Of a stretch of DNA of 64,000 bases, positions 35,456-45,235 are shown piece after piece (the stretch's first letter is position 1; every line of letters begins with the position of its first letter). The DNA is from a virus. Its lineage: Duplodnaviria > Caudoviricetes. Where the stretch lies: positions 15 through 64,014 of the IMG/VR virus record IMGVR_UViG_3300024980_000003; one strand, 5' to 3'. Made by a program: the position numbers and the translations under genes. The notes under the pieces are model-generated. The model did no database searches, was not told where the DNA came from, and saw only the letters and a list, made by a program, of their open reading frames with translations.

Positions 35456-35941
35456 TTAAGCGGGTACGCCTTTCCAGATGCCGTCCACGACCACATCCAA
35501 ACGACCTACGGCGGCATGGTTAGCCCCGGCAATGGTCAAGGTCAGGTAGGCGTCTTTCGGCAAGGTCACCGGAGCCACGGCCAGGTTAGCGGCTGCGGTT
35601 CGGCCTTGCGCGGCGGTGTCTAGGGCTGCATCGAAGTAATCCGCGTCTTGCGGTACTGCGGTACTGTCCACACCGTCCACATAAGCAAAACCAATATCCG
35701 CCGTCGTTGCCGCCGTGAACGCGTCAGAGACAATGGACAAGCAGCCATGCAGTTGCAAGCCCGCCGGTAAAATGCCGATTCTCACTACATCAGCCACCGC
35801 TACCGCAGTCGTCTGGTCGGAATCCACGAACACGCCCGAGGCATTGGTTGCGAACGTATACACGCCTTTCCAGGCATTGCCGTACGGCGCGGTGCTGAAC
35901 GTGTCCAGCTTGTTGATTTTTTTCTTTGTTACATTAGCCAT
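35456..35941 (-). CDS. Putative capsid decoration/cement protein
   Basis: Beta-rich 161 aa directly after the major capsid gene. Confidence 0.65.
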   Translation of the reverse strand: MANVTKKKINKLDTFSTAPYGNAWKGVYTFATNASGVFVDSDQTTAVAVADVVRIGILPAGLQLHGCLSIVSDAFTAATTADIGFAYVDGVDSTAVPQDADYFDAALDTAAQGRTAAANLAVAPVTLPKDAYLTLTIAGANHAAVGRLDVVVDGIWKGVPA

Positions 35942-35943
35942 GA

Positions 35944-37221
35944 TTAAACTCCAGCAATTTTGACCGCCGAATCGATGGCGATCACGCCATTATCGGTGTA
36001 TTGGCTTTGGGTTCCGTGATCGATCAGGAAGCGGATTTTACTCATACCGTTCATCATGCCGATCAACACTTCCAGCTTGTCGCCGTGATCCAGTTCTTTT
36101 TCAGACCAGAAGAACGGGTTGCCGGTTTTGTTGTTCATGCCGAACGCAGAGGCCAGGGCTTGACCGCCTAACAGGATTGAACGATCCACCGCATAGCTAG
36201 TACCGAACGCCGCTGGCACTAAGTCAGTCGATGTTTCTGTTTCAGTGGTGTAGCTTGCGCAGTAACGCAACGAGTCACCGGCATAGAAGCGGATTGGTTT
36301 CGGCATTTTGACGATCAAGATGCCCATCCACAATCCCGCTTCGCCCATGAATAACGGGTTCTGTCCGGCCATTTGCGCTCTGGACATGGCGTTGGCTTGC
36401 AAGGTGCGGAAGTTGGTAGACTGCACGAATGAGGTATAGTTCTCGCTTGATACCAGCAATACTCGCAATGGAGAATCATTACCCATCTTGTCGCCGTCAA
36501 AGATGACCGGCGCAGGAGGCAATGGCATCGAGTCGAGCACTGTGCGGATACCATCCACGACATCCGAGTTCAATACGTCGGTAGTGGCGATGCTGATTTC
36601 GTTAGCGGCGGCGGCAATATGTTCAATACCGGAGCCGGTAGACATGTAGTGACGGTTCTTGGTGGGCGCTTTCACCGAGTTTACGCAGATTTTCGCAAAA
36701 TCGGCATCTGATGCCAGCGGTACTGCCCACTCGATGTTGTCGTGGAAACCACGCGCACCAGCCATGTGAACCAGGGCTAACTGATCCTGCAAGCGGTTCA
36801 TGTACGCTTCGCCCAAGTTACGGGCCAATGAGCGCAACTGCCACTTGGTGCGTTGTTGGGTCATCGCGTCACCGGCTGAGATCGGCTTACGAGTCTGGTT
36901 GATGCGGAGCTTGTCTTGCGAGAACGATAACGCTTCGCCCAAGCCTTCCGCATTTTCGCCGCCCATGATCGGCTTGCCGCCTAAATGGTTGACCAAATCA
37001 AAGCGCACTTCATCGCCAGCGGTCTTTTGCAAATCTTTACAAACGACAATCGGGTAATTGCTGCTGGACTGGACTCTGAGATTATTTTCAGCATCCGCCT
37101 GAGTAGGCAGCTTGCCGGTTAAACGGTTTAGCGTGGTATTGCGCTGCATCGATGCAGCAAACAAACCAGCCGATTGAATATGAATGGCCTGATCGCCACC
37201 ATAAGGGATATTCGTTGCCAT
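35944..37221 (-). CDS. Major capsid protein, N4-gp56/DUF4043 family
   Basis: DLQKTAGDEVRFDL, MGGENAEG, QNPLF.GE.G, DRSILLGGQALA, E.LDHGD, D.GVIAID. Confidence 0.9.
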   Translation of the reverse strand: MATNIPYGGDQAIHIQSAGLFAASMQRNTTLNRLTGKLPTQADAENNLRVQSSSNYPIVVCKDLQKTAGDEVRFDLVNHLGGKPIMGGENAEGLGEALSFSQDKLRINQTRKPISAGDAMTQQRTKWQLRSLARNLGEAYMNRLQDQLALVHMAGARGFHDNIEWAVPLASDADFAKICVNSVKAPTKNRHYMSTGSGIEHIAAAANEISIATTDVLNSDVVDGIRTVLDSMPLPPAPVIFDGDKMGNDSPLRVLLVSSENYTSFVQSTNFRTLQANAMSRAQMAGQNPLFMGEAGLWMGILIVKMPKPIRFYAGDSLRYCASYTTETETSTDLVPAAFGTSYAVDRSILLGGQALASAFGMNNKTGNPFFWSEKELDHGDKLEVLIGMMNGMSKIRFLIDHGTQSQYTDNGVIAIDSAVKIAGV

Positions 37222-37225
37222 ATAA

Positions 37226-37434
37226 GGTTTCCTTCGGCGGCTCAATGCCGCTCATCTACGGGATTTAGCGCGTCATCTCGACGAGCGTTTTCTTTGGGGT
37301 TCCTTCGGCGGCACAAGACCGCCCATTTACAGGATTTAGCGCGTCATCTCGACGAGCGTTTTCTTTGGGGTTCCTTCGGCGGCACAAGACCGCCCATTTA
37401 CAGGATTTAGCGCGTCATCTCGACGAGCGTTTTC
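37226..37434 (-). repeat. Three tandem 71-bp copies of the capsid gene leader
   Basis: GGATTTAGCGCGTCATCTCGACGAGCGTTTTC at 37261, 37332 and 37403. Confidence 0.95.
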
Positions 37435-37437
37435 GGT

Positions 37438-38397
37438 TTAAACTACACGCGACATCAGTTTTTGAATTTCTTCCGGCGATTTGTTGGCAAACAACGACTC
37501 CAATTGTCTCGGGGTCATGGTCAACATCGCTTCGCTTACGTCCGTTGTCCCTGCCGTGCCTGCCGGAATGTCCGAGAGGCTGTTAGGCGTGGGCTTTTTG
37601 ACATTCGCTAAAACTTCTTTCGCTTTATCTTTGGCATTGGCTTCGGGTTCTGCCTCGACCTTTGCCGGGTTCGCATCTTTATAGGCAGAAATTAACTCTA
37701 CAACCTGAGCCGCGTTGCCTCGATCAAGCACCGTGTTGTACTGATCTCTGACAAATGACGGATGGCTATTAATCCACGCTTCCAGTTTCGGGTCGCTCAC
37801 GACCTGCTGCCAGTCGGCATGGGCATTAGCAATAGCATTAAAGTGCTTGTCTTGGGCGCTTTCCTGAACAATTTTCTGAACCGGTTGAATCTGTTCATTG
37901 ATTTGCTGCTGGAATGCTGCCAAACCTTGCTTAATGCCGTCATCAATCATGCGTTGGATAAAGGGCTTCATATCTTCGGCGACTTCGGGGAAATCCCCTT
38001 GGTACGCTTCCAGTACCGCTTCTTGAGCTTTGGTATCGCCAGTGCCCGCATCATCGACTTTGGCCGCTTGCAGTGCCGCTATCAATTCCGCTTGCTGTGC
38101 CGCGAACTGCTCCCATTGAGAAGCTTTCTGCTCCAGTTGCGCCGCTTTATCTCGGGCATCCACTAACTCCTGATAGGGAATGGTGTGTTTGCCGTCTTTC
38201 GCTAGTAACTCAGGTTCGGGGTCTTTTATTGCTTCCTGTCCAGGCTCAGGCGTTGCGCTGGTTTCCTCGTCGGCTGCTGCCGGGTCGGTATCGCCTTGAT
38301 CGTCAATCGTGCCGCCATTTACAACGGAGTCTTTCTGATCGTCAGTGAGTTGATAAAATTCGTCCGGGTTTGCTGCAAAATAATCTGCGTCTTTCAT
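37438..38397 (-). CDS. Capsid scaffolding protein
   Basis: Acidic helical protein with AKDGKHTIPY and PNSLSDIP motifs, directly upstream of the capsid gene. Confidence 0.8.
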   Translation of the reverse strand: MKDADYFAANPDEFYQLTDDQKDSVVNGGTIDDQGDTDPAAADEETSATPEPGQEAIKDPEPELLAKDGKHTIPYQELVDARDKAAQLEQKASQWEQFAAQQAELIAALQAAKVDDAGTGDTKAQEAVLEAYQGDFPEVAEDMKPFIQRMIDDGIKQGLAAFQQQINEQIQPVQKIVQESAQDKHFNAIANAHADWQQVVSDPKLEAWINSHPSFVRDQYNTVLDRGNAAQVVELISAYKDANPAKVEAEPEANAKDKAKEVLANVKKPTPNSLSDIPAGTAGTTDVSEAMLTMTPRQLESLFANKSPEEIQKLMSRVV

Positions 38398-38527
38398 TCG
38401 TTGTTGCTCCAATGCTATCCCGTAGACGGGCTAACCTGCCGTATCGTCGCAGTCACGTTATTGGATAGGGGTATTATACATCAAATGTTGATAATGAATA
38501 AAATATTTACTCATTGTCAACTGTCAA

Positions 38528-39220
38528 TTAATAGTCGCCGAGTAAAATCCAAGTGACAGTAATCGTGCCGCTCAGAGTTTGTGTTGCATCAGCATCGACA
38601 TCAGTGGTGGTCGCATAAGCCGTATTGATATACAAGTCTTTGGCGGTGCTGGTGCCGTCGAATTGAGCTGAGGCCGCCAGCGCTGCCCCGACTGCCGTTC
38701 CTGCGACATTGACGGTTGCCGATGACGTGAACGCGGTAGACGGCAGCAAATCCGCCATGGTGCTGTTTAGCGTGGTGCTGGATGCGGTCGCCGTACCTAA
38801 CGCTAATGCGCCGGTTGAGCTTGCGTTTAACGTGCTGGCCAGTGCGCTGGTGGTTTTTTGCGCGATGGACGCGGTAACACCCAACACCAGGATTCTACCA
38901 GCAGGGAAGTCATACAGCTTCGTGCCTTGGTATTCGGTGCCATTGACCACGGTTTGCGCCAAGTCAGTCAATGTGAATACAGTCTGATGCACAACACCAT
39001 CAAACGTGTCGACTGCACTGAGCGTCGCTAACGCGGCCACGCCGGAAGTCAATGCTCCGCTTCGGCCTAATACCGTGAATACGTCAGTATGGTCGTTGTA
39101 ATACTGGATCAATGACTCATCAACATCATCAACCATTCCGGCTGTCCAGTTGTCTTTGGCCGGTACTTCGCCAACCCGTTTCGGGTGCGTCGCTGTTTGT
39201 AAAGCTTTAACTATGTACAT
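38528..39220 (-). CDS. Virion-associated protein (T/A-rich)
   Basis: 230 aa; KLYDFPAGRILVLG. Confidence 0.75.
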   Translation of the reverse strand: MYIVKALQTATHPKRVGEVPAKDNWTAGMVDDVDESLIQYYNDHTDVFTVLGRSGALTSGVAALATLSAVDTFDGVVHQTVFTLTDLAQTVVNGTEYQGTKLYDFPAGRILVLGVTASIAQKTTSALASTLNASSTGALALGTATASSTTLNSTMADLLPSTAFTSSATVNVAGTAVGAALAASAQFDGTSTAKDLYINTAYATTTDVDADATQTLSGTITVTWILLGDY

Positions 39221-39228
39221 AGCTATCC

Positions 39229-39801
39229 TTATTGAGTTACGTAGAGATTGAATGTGCCGTTAGTGTGACTATTGACATCCACCCGAACGGCACGAACGGG
39301 AGTGGTGTAGAGATGTTCAGTATTGGCGGTCTTTCCTGCTTCGGCAGTGAACGCGACCGCTCCGGCATTGGCTTCGTCATAAGTATGCTGAATGTCAAAG
39401 TTGATGGTGCCGCCAATGGAGACTGCGGCAGTAGCGGGAGCCGTGTGCATATCCACCCAAGGCGTTTGCGCGGTAGCGGCCCAACCAATGTCGAAGGTAT
39501 CAGCGCCAATCGTCGCTGATGGAGTGGCCGAAGTCAGTGAATAGAACGCGAAGGTACTGGTGACGGTGGCTGATACGCCTGGAGCGGCCAGCGTTTCGGT
39601 CAGTGCTTCGCCATTAGGTCCAACACCAAGCAAGGTAATGGTCTTGGCGCTATGGTCGGTGGCGGCATCATTGCGAATGGTCACATGATGCGCCAGTCCG
39701 TCCCCGGCTTTAGCGGTGGCAATCGTCCAGCTTGCGCCGGTAACATTACTGGCGTGTCCGGTCAGACTGGCTGCGGCGACGGTGTAAGATTGTTTATAGT
39801 T
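39229..39801 (-). CDS. Virion-associated protein (T/A-rich)
   Basis: About 190 aa with AAGGA RBS. Confidence 0.7.
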   Translation of the reverse strand, partial: NYKQSYTVAAASLTGHASNVTGASWTIATAKAGDGLAHHVTIRNDAATDHSAKTITLLGVGPNGEALTETLAAPGVSATVTSTFAFYSLTSATPSATIGADTFDIGWAATAQTPWVDMHTAPATAAVSIGGTINFDIQHTYDEANAGAVAFTAEAGKTANTEHLYTTPVRAVRVDVNSHTNGTFNLYVTQ

Positions 39802-40190
39802 CACTGTAGTGTTCCTTTAGTTAGATGGTTTGGCGATGCCAAAGATTCGTTGTTTCTACCGGCCTGATAAATTAAATTGCATAAATCAATCAATTCGTCC
39901 TCATCAAATTGATAAAACCTTGCTGGTTTTTTATTGTTTAAGAAGTAAAATGGCTTGTCATTCTTAGCAATCTTTACTTTGTCAAGCAACTCATTGATCA
40001 GGAGTATCGTTATTTCCGTCTTTCCATCTAATGGGAAAAGAAAGAAAGGCAATATGTTTGCTAACTCGTTCCAGTGAAAAAACGATGGTGTTTTCTCGTT
40101 TTTGTTAATTTGTATCATCTTAACTATATGCTTTGCGGCATATAACATCTCGCTTTCACTAATAGTTATATCTTTTTCGTTATCGATCAC
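39801..40190 (-). CDS. AT-rich hypothetical protein (moron-like)
   Basis: Visibly lower GC than flanking genes; coupled to the portal gene. Confidence 0.6.
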   Translation of the reverse strand: MIDNEKDITISESEMLYAAKHIVKMIQINKNEKTPSFFHWNELANILPFFLFPLDGKTEITILLINELLDKVKIAKNDKPFYFLNNKKPARFYQFDEDELIDLCNLIYQAGRNNESLASPNHLTKGTLQ

Positions 40191-42370
40191 TGCGTCGCTC
40201 CTAAATTGTCGGTGATTCTTTGTGTCTCAATGCCGCCATTAGCGCCCAGGCTCGGGGATTCGGGCAGAGCTGGCGTCATAGGGTTAGTGTTTGTCGGCTG
40301 TGTGGGTACTGCAATTTGTTCAGGTTGCGGAAAGTTCGGGTCAACGCCACCGGGATTCGGGGGCTGATAACCGGCATTCATCATAATGGCATCGGCAATC
40401 GGCGCAATGGTCGGCATTGATGCTACTTGAGCGCCGCCTTGCATCGCCGCATACTGCGCTTCGGTCATAGTCTTGACGGCATTGGCCTCGATCTGCTTAA
40501 TCTGTGCATCACTCATCATCTGCTTGATTTCCAGTTCCTTCATCTTGCGCTGCATTTCTTGCGCTTCCGGCGAAGGCTGCGCGTCAGCGTCCTTAATCGC
40601 CTTGATAATCGCGTCTTTGTCCGGCACATCCATTAGACTCAGCATGTGCGGCATCATGATGCGCTGGTATTCCTGTGGCGAAGCTTTATAAGCCTCGCTC
40701 AATGAGGCTAATTGCTGGTTGCGGTAACTGGACGTACTCGGCACATCATCCAGAACCACTTTCAGCATAGTGCGCTCAACGTCATTAGTCAGGTATTGAA
40801 TGCCGCTGTCGTCAGTAATCGGGCGGTTCAGTGTGACAACCCGGTCCTCTTTCAGTGCGCCGCCGTCAATCAGAACATCCTCTTGCTTGCCAATCGAATC
40901 CTGAACGATCATTGATAACAGCAAATCACCGACTTGAGCGCGGGACTCCCTGAAATTGTCATCAATGTTTGCCAATGACTGCTGCGACTGCTCAACCTGC
41001 GAGTTGAACTGTACGCCCGAGGTAGCACTGTTATTGTTGCCCTGGAACTCATCACTAATGCCGCCGACTTTGGTGATCGCGTTTCGGGCATCGTTGAGCA
41101 TCTTGTACTGCTGCTCGTTCAGCTCGAAGTTTCGATCCACTTTAAACGTCGCACCCGGTTGCGCCATATGTGCGGCATCCAACACAATGTCTGCATCGGG
41201 CCTAGCTATCTCCTGCCTAAAATGCTCATCGTCTCCCAATACTGCGCCTTCGGTGCGAGTCGTAACCGTGGCCGCCAAACCCCAACGAATCTTGCTGATC
41301 GAGGCATTGATATTGTCCTGCATGTACATCATGCCGCGAATCCGGCCAAACGGTACGCCGGTCCTGTCCTCGCGATGCCCCCAAAACGGCACATAAGGAA
41401 AATGCTTGTGCCGGTACGGTGACAGTTCATCACGGAGCTTATGAGGCCCAGCGAACCAGGCTTGATGCACTCGACTGATGGTTGCGTACTGCGGCTGAAT
41501 GCCTTGGCTGATCGCCAGCATATGCATCGGGTCGTCCTGATCCAGTTCGACCACGCGGCCATCCTGCATTTTCAGCACTAAAGCCTGTTCCCAGGTGCGA
41601 TACCAGACTTCAAACAGCCGGATTTTTCGGTGTTCCACATCACGCCATTGCTGTTCTTCAATCGACCAGCCGCGCTCGTCGTTCTGCGCTTTGTACAGTC
41701 CGGTTGATTGACCACCATCGAGCATGAACGCATCCATGCCATTCCAGCCCGATACCGATTGCTCGATAATATCGGCCTGGTCAGCAAACATCAATTTGGC
41801 AATGTCTTTATCAACCCACTTCATGCGAATCAAATACCGCGCATCGGACAGCATCGGGCATTTTGCCAACCAATCCCACCAGACTTCGTTACGATGCACA
41901 AACTGGCAGCGATACGGGTACTTGAACGGGTCGGATTCCCGCGATACTTCCACCCATCCTAAGCCAACCGATACCTGAGACTCGTAAGCATCTGAACAGG
42001 AACGGTCTGCCCGACTCTTGCGCTCAGCCTGGTTCAATTTGTAATTGTATGCGTCCGCGACTTCCTGTCCGTCTTTGTCGCCATCCGGCACGACTCGCCA
42101 ATCCGTGCGCTTTTTCGCTTCTGCGCCCAAGATAGACTCAATCGCCAAGCCTATTAGCGGCTCAACCGCAGGCGGCAAGCCAATCAGCGCCATTTTCTGC
42201 AAAATGTCCGAGTCGAGCTGGTTGCCGTCCTTGTAATCCATCTCCTTGTCGGCTTGCGCTCTCCAGGCTGGCTGATTCAATAGCTCATGGAAGAAGCCGG
42301 TAAACTGCTCCAGCGTCAATCCGTCCGACTCAATCGCGTCACTGGTATCGCGTTCCGCATCAATAAACAT
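40187..42370 (-). CDS. Portal protein (P22-like)
   Basis: W...ADKEMDY.DG.Q, GLGWVEV, LSDARY, FPYVPFWG, QDNIN, TSGV; follows the terminase. Confidence 0.9.
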   Translation of the reverse strand: MFIDAERDTSDAIESDGLTLEQFTGFFHELLNQPAWRAQADKEMDYKDGNQLDSDILQKMALIGLPPAVEPLIGLAIESILGAEAKKRTDWRVVPDGDKDGQEVADAYNYKLNQAERKSRADRSCSDAYESQVSVGLGWVEVSRESDPFKYPYRCQFVHRNEVWWDWLAKCPMLSDARYLIRMKWVDKDIAKLMFADQADIIEQSVSGWNGMDAFMLDGGQSTGLYKAQNDERGWSIEEQQWRDVEHRKIRLFEVWYRTWEQALVLKMQDGRVVELDQDDPMHMLAISQGIQPQYATISRVHQAWFAGPHKLRDELSPYRHKHFPYVPFWGHREDRTGVPFGRIRGMMYMQDNINASISKIRWGLAATVTTRTEGAVLGDDEHFRQEIARPDADIVLDAAHMAQPGATFKVDRNFELNEQQYKMLNDARNAITKVGGISDEFQGNNNSATSGVQFNSQVEQSQQSLANIDDNFRESRAQVGDLLLSMIVQDSIGKQEDVLIDGGALKEDRVVTLNRPITDDSGIQYLTNDVERTMLKVVLDDVPSTSSYRNQQLASLSEAYKASPQEYQRIMMPHMLSLMDVPDKDAIIKAIKDADAQPSPEAQEMQRKMKELEIKQMMSDAQIKQIEANAVKTMTEAQYAAMQGGAQVASMPTIAPIADAIMMNAGYQPPNPGGVDPNFPQPEQIAVPTQPTNTNPMTPALPESPSLGANGGIETQRITDNLGATQ

Positions 42371-42406
42371 GTAGTGTGTCCTACGTCATCACGACGATGG
42401 TTAAAA

Positions 42407-43618
42407 TTATAGCCGCCAGTTTGCCGCTGAGCGTGGCTTGTGTTCTCGCTTGGTTGACTTAAACCGCCTTGCGCTTTCACAGGCATAGCGCAACGAGTCG
42501 ATTACATGGTTGTTTTTATCTTCAAGAATGTTCGTCACCTTATCGGTCGTCTTGTCGATCTTGTAGCTGTAAGTTGACAATTCATCAATGGTATGAGCGC
42601 AACGAGGATGAACGACAATATCGAAGGACTGCAAAAAAGTAATGCCTTCTTCCACTGATCCAGGGCCTTTAATCGCCGCCGCCATTTTCGGGAAACCATG
42701 CTGCTGCATGTACGAGATTGTTTCCGGTCTGGCGCTATCCGCTATTATAAACCATTTATTAGCTTCCGGTATCGTACTAAACAACTCCGGCAGGTTGACG
42801 ATTTCACAGCCCACCAGATACGCTTCATAATCGATATACAGCCGGTTGCCGTCGATATGAGAACGTACCAACGCGCTCGGGTCATTGGAAAAGCCCCAAT
42901 CCGCACCGAAGTTGAAACAGGTTCCGGGCTTGGACTCGAATTCTTCAATCGTCCAATTCCTGAATACACGCGCTTCCGAGTTTTGCTGATACTTGCCCAG
43001 CCAGATATGGGCGTACTTGTCAGGGTCGCGGCGTTTGTCGTACTCCATTTCTTCGCGGAGTACATCGGGAAACCACGGGTTATCAACATAGTTCGCTTCA
43101 ACTACTATCGCATCAGGCGGCGTTGATTCTCCACGCAACAGCATATCAATAGGGTCGGTGTCTTTGCAGGGGTTCCAGCTAAACCATAGCTCACTGCCGG
43201 GCTTTCGGATGGTCGGCCTGAGCAAGTCCAAACTGCGCTGACTCACGCTTTGCGCTTCTTCCACCCAGGCAATATCATAACCTTCCAGTGACTTGATACT
43301 GTCGGCGGTATGGTTCTGCATCCCGGCAAAGATGATCTGGCCGCCGTTCTTGCATTTGATGATGGATTCTTGCACCTCAAACAAATGTCCAACGCTCATT
43401 TGCTCGATCTTGGTTTCAAGTAGCTTCTTGACTGACTGGTTTAATGACTTCTGGATTTCCCGAACGCAGACCGCATCGGTCTTAGCCATGACCATGCGTT
43501 CAATCAGCATTTCCGCCATGAACCAGCTCTTGCCGCTACCACGACCACCATAAACACCTTTATAGCGGCTCGGGTACAGTAATGGCTCGTAAACAGCAGG
43601 GGTTTGTATTTCCATCAA
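42407..43618 (-). CDS. terL: Terminase large subunit, PBSX family
   Basis: YGGRGSGKS, VREIQKS, WVEEAQ, GADWGF..DP, NHVIDSLRYA. Confidence 0.95.
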   Translation of the reverse strand: MMEIQTPAVYEPLLYPSRYKGVYGGRGSGKSWFMAEMLIERMVMAKTDAVCVREIQKSLNQSVKKLLETKIEQMSVGHLFEVQESIIKCKNGGQIIFAGMQNHTADSIKSLEGYDIAWVEEAQSVSQRSLDLLRPTIRKPGSELWFSWNPCKDTDPIDMLLRGESTPPDAIVVEANYVDNPWFPDVLREEMEYDKRRDPDKYAHIWLGKYQQNSEARVFRNWTIEEFESKPGTCFNFGADWGFSNDPSALVRSHIDGNRLYIDYEAYLVGCEIVNLPELFSTIPEANKWFIIADSARPETISYMQQHGFPKMAAAIKGPGSVEEGITFLQSFDIVVHPRCAHTIDELSTYSYKIDKTTDKVTNILEDKNNHVIDSLRYACESARRFKSTKREHKPRSAANWRL

Positions 43619-44094
43619 GGCTTGACGATAACCCGGCGTATTTCGTTGATTTGGGTATTAACCTGAACAGCGGTATCAGGCGTCTTACCCAGTACCGCCT
43701 CACGACCTTTATTAATCGTTTCCGCTCTGGCTCGAAAGTCGTTCTGGTTTTCGCAGGGTTCTGCCATTGCTTGCTTGACGTTGGTTATTGCTGCATTGTT
43801 GAAAAACAGAATATGTTTTGTGCGCTCGTCAACCAGTTCATTGTGGATTGTCAACGCCTGTTGATTTAGCGTTGATTTTGCCTCTTCAAGCCGCACCGCG
43901 TCTAGCAATAGCTGTTGTTTTTCACCACCTTTAATCCAGCCTTCTGCTTTAGCTTTTCGGCTAATCGCAGCCTTGTCGATAGTGGTTCTTTCATTGATCT
44001 GAGATAGCGATAAACCGGCCTCGAAATACTCCTTAGCATCAGTCCACTGTTTATCAGTAATCTTGATGTTTGCCAAACTAATGTCTCCCGACAA
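43615..44094 (-). CDS. terS: Terminase small subunit
   Basis: N-terminal HTH (ISRKAKAEGW); ATGA-coupled to terL. Confidence 0.75.
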   Translation of the reverse strand: MSGDISLANIKITDKQWTDAKEYFEAGLSLSQINERTTIDKAAISRKAKAEGWIKGGEKQQLLLDAVRLEEAKSTLNQQALTIHNELVDERTKHILFFNNAAITNVKQAMAEPCENQNDFRARAETINKGREAVLGKTPDTAVQVNTQINEIRRVIVKP

Positions 44095-44235
44095 TATTCG
44101 TATATTCTTATGTACTTATATTGTAACACAACCCCAATTCGGATATAAAACTTTAGCGCCAATACTAAAAATAATTGTGTACAACACAATATATTTGTGT
44201 ATAATAAGACCCAGTTCAGCGATAACGCGAACATA

Positions 44236-44532
44236 ATTAAACTGGGGAATGATGTCATGAGCACTTATAAAATTGATTCACACTGTTTAGGCGATTTGAA
44301 TGAAACACAAATGGAACAATACGCACAATATTGTTCTGACGTTGCCAATGCTGCCGGGCTAGATATAGAATTTGAAATTGATTATAGGAACGGCGGGGAC
44401 AGAGGGGACGGAGTGGAATCGCAACTATATCAATATGTGTGGGAAAATTGCGATTATTGGACAGACAATAATGAATTGAAGGAGCGTGAAATTAAAAAAG
44501 CAGCGGACTATTTTAGAAATGACTCCATCTGA
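44236..44532 (+). CDS. AT-rich acidic hypothetical protein (moron)
   Basis: Antisense to the late operon; TATAAT upstream near 44200; start approximate. Confidence 0.65.
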   Translation: MKLGNDVMSTYKIDSHCLGDLNETQMEQYAQYCSDVANAAGLDIEFEIDYRNGGDRGDGVESQLYQYVWENCDYWTDNNELKEREIKKAADYFRNDSI

Positions 44533-44535
44533 GCA

Positions 44536-44916
44536 ATGCAAAGGAGCAAGAAAATGAAAATAGAAATTTTAAACAAAATTGGCAACAAAAAATTAATTGC
44601 TGCTTTTGAAGCGAGTGACATGCAAGTTTTCGGAAAAATCGCAAGCAAACTCTACGCCAAAGCAAGAATCGTACAAGATAAGAAAGAGTTTTTACTTGCA
44701 GAATGCATTAAGTATTCAAGAAATGAAGACACTTCTATCGAAACAGCAATGGAAAAGTTCAATAACATGAATGCTCAAGAAATCGGCTTAAAAGCAAGAA
44801 ACTACATCCAGGCGTCTGAAAAATATTTAACTGAAACTGATCCGTTGCGTAAATACGATATGAAAGAAACAGCATATGAAAACGCCTATGAAAACGCATT
44901 TAGAGCTAATTCATGA
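44536..44916 (+). CDS. AT-rich hypothetical protein (moron)
   Basis: 126 aa; an internal AAGGAG RBS suggests a slightly later start. Confidence 0.7.
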   Translation: MQRSKKMKIEILNKIGNKKLIAAFEASDMQVFGKIASKLYAKARIVQDKKEFLLAECIKYSRNEDTSIETAMEKFNNMNAQEIGLKARNYIQASEKYLTETDPLRKYDMKETAYENAYENAFRANS

Positions 44917-45083
44917 CACCTTCAGAACAATGTAAAAAGGCGGGGTTAGACAGCCTCGCCGAGTTCGTCAGGATCAGCGGTGAATCCGAGCAAAATATTT
45001 TAAACTGGCACAAAAAAAGGCCGCTCAGATTCAAACTCTTATTAGCTGGATGCGTGAACGAAAAGAGAAATAACTCTAAATAA
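44913..45083 (+). CDS. Small HTH DNA-binding protein (56 aa, not in the ORF track)
   Basis: MTPSEQCKKAGLDSLAEFVRISGESEQNILNW; ATGA-coupled; followed by a hairpin at 45089-45124. Confidence 0.7.
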   Translation: MTPSEQCKKAGLDSLAEFVRISGESEQNILNWHKKRPLRFKLLLAGCVNEKRNNSK

Positions 45084-45235
45084 TCATCGTCCACGCAATC
45101 CGCGTTAAAGCAAATTGCGTGGACGCCTATTTTTCAATAGCCAGTCCAAATAGGCAATAATAGCCAACTCACCATGACCGGTTATATCATTGCCTTTGCA
45201 GTACCAAAGTCCGTATTGTTTTTTAAGCTTGGGTT

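Noticed and set aside
37226-37434. CRISPR array
   Set aside because: Whole 71-bp units repeat with no unique spacers, and there are no cas genes.
13410-43869. Many + strand and alternate-frame ORFs inside the structural genes
   Set aside because: They are shadow frames of long, motif-bearing minus-strand genes.
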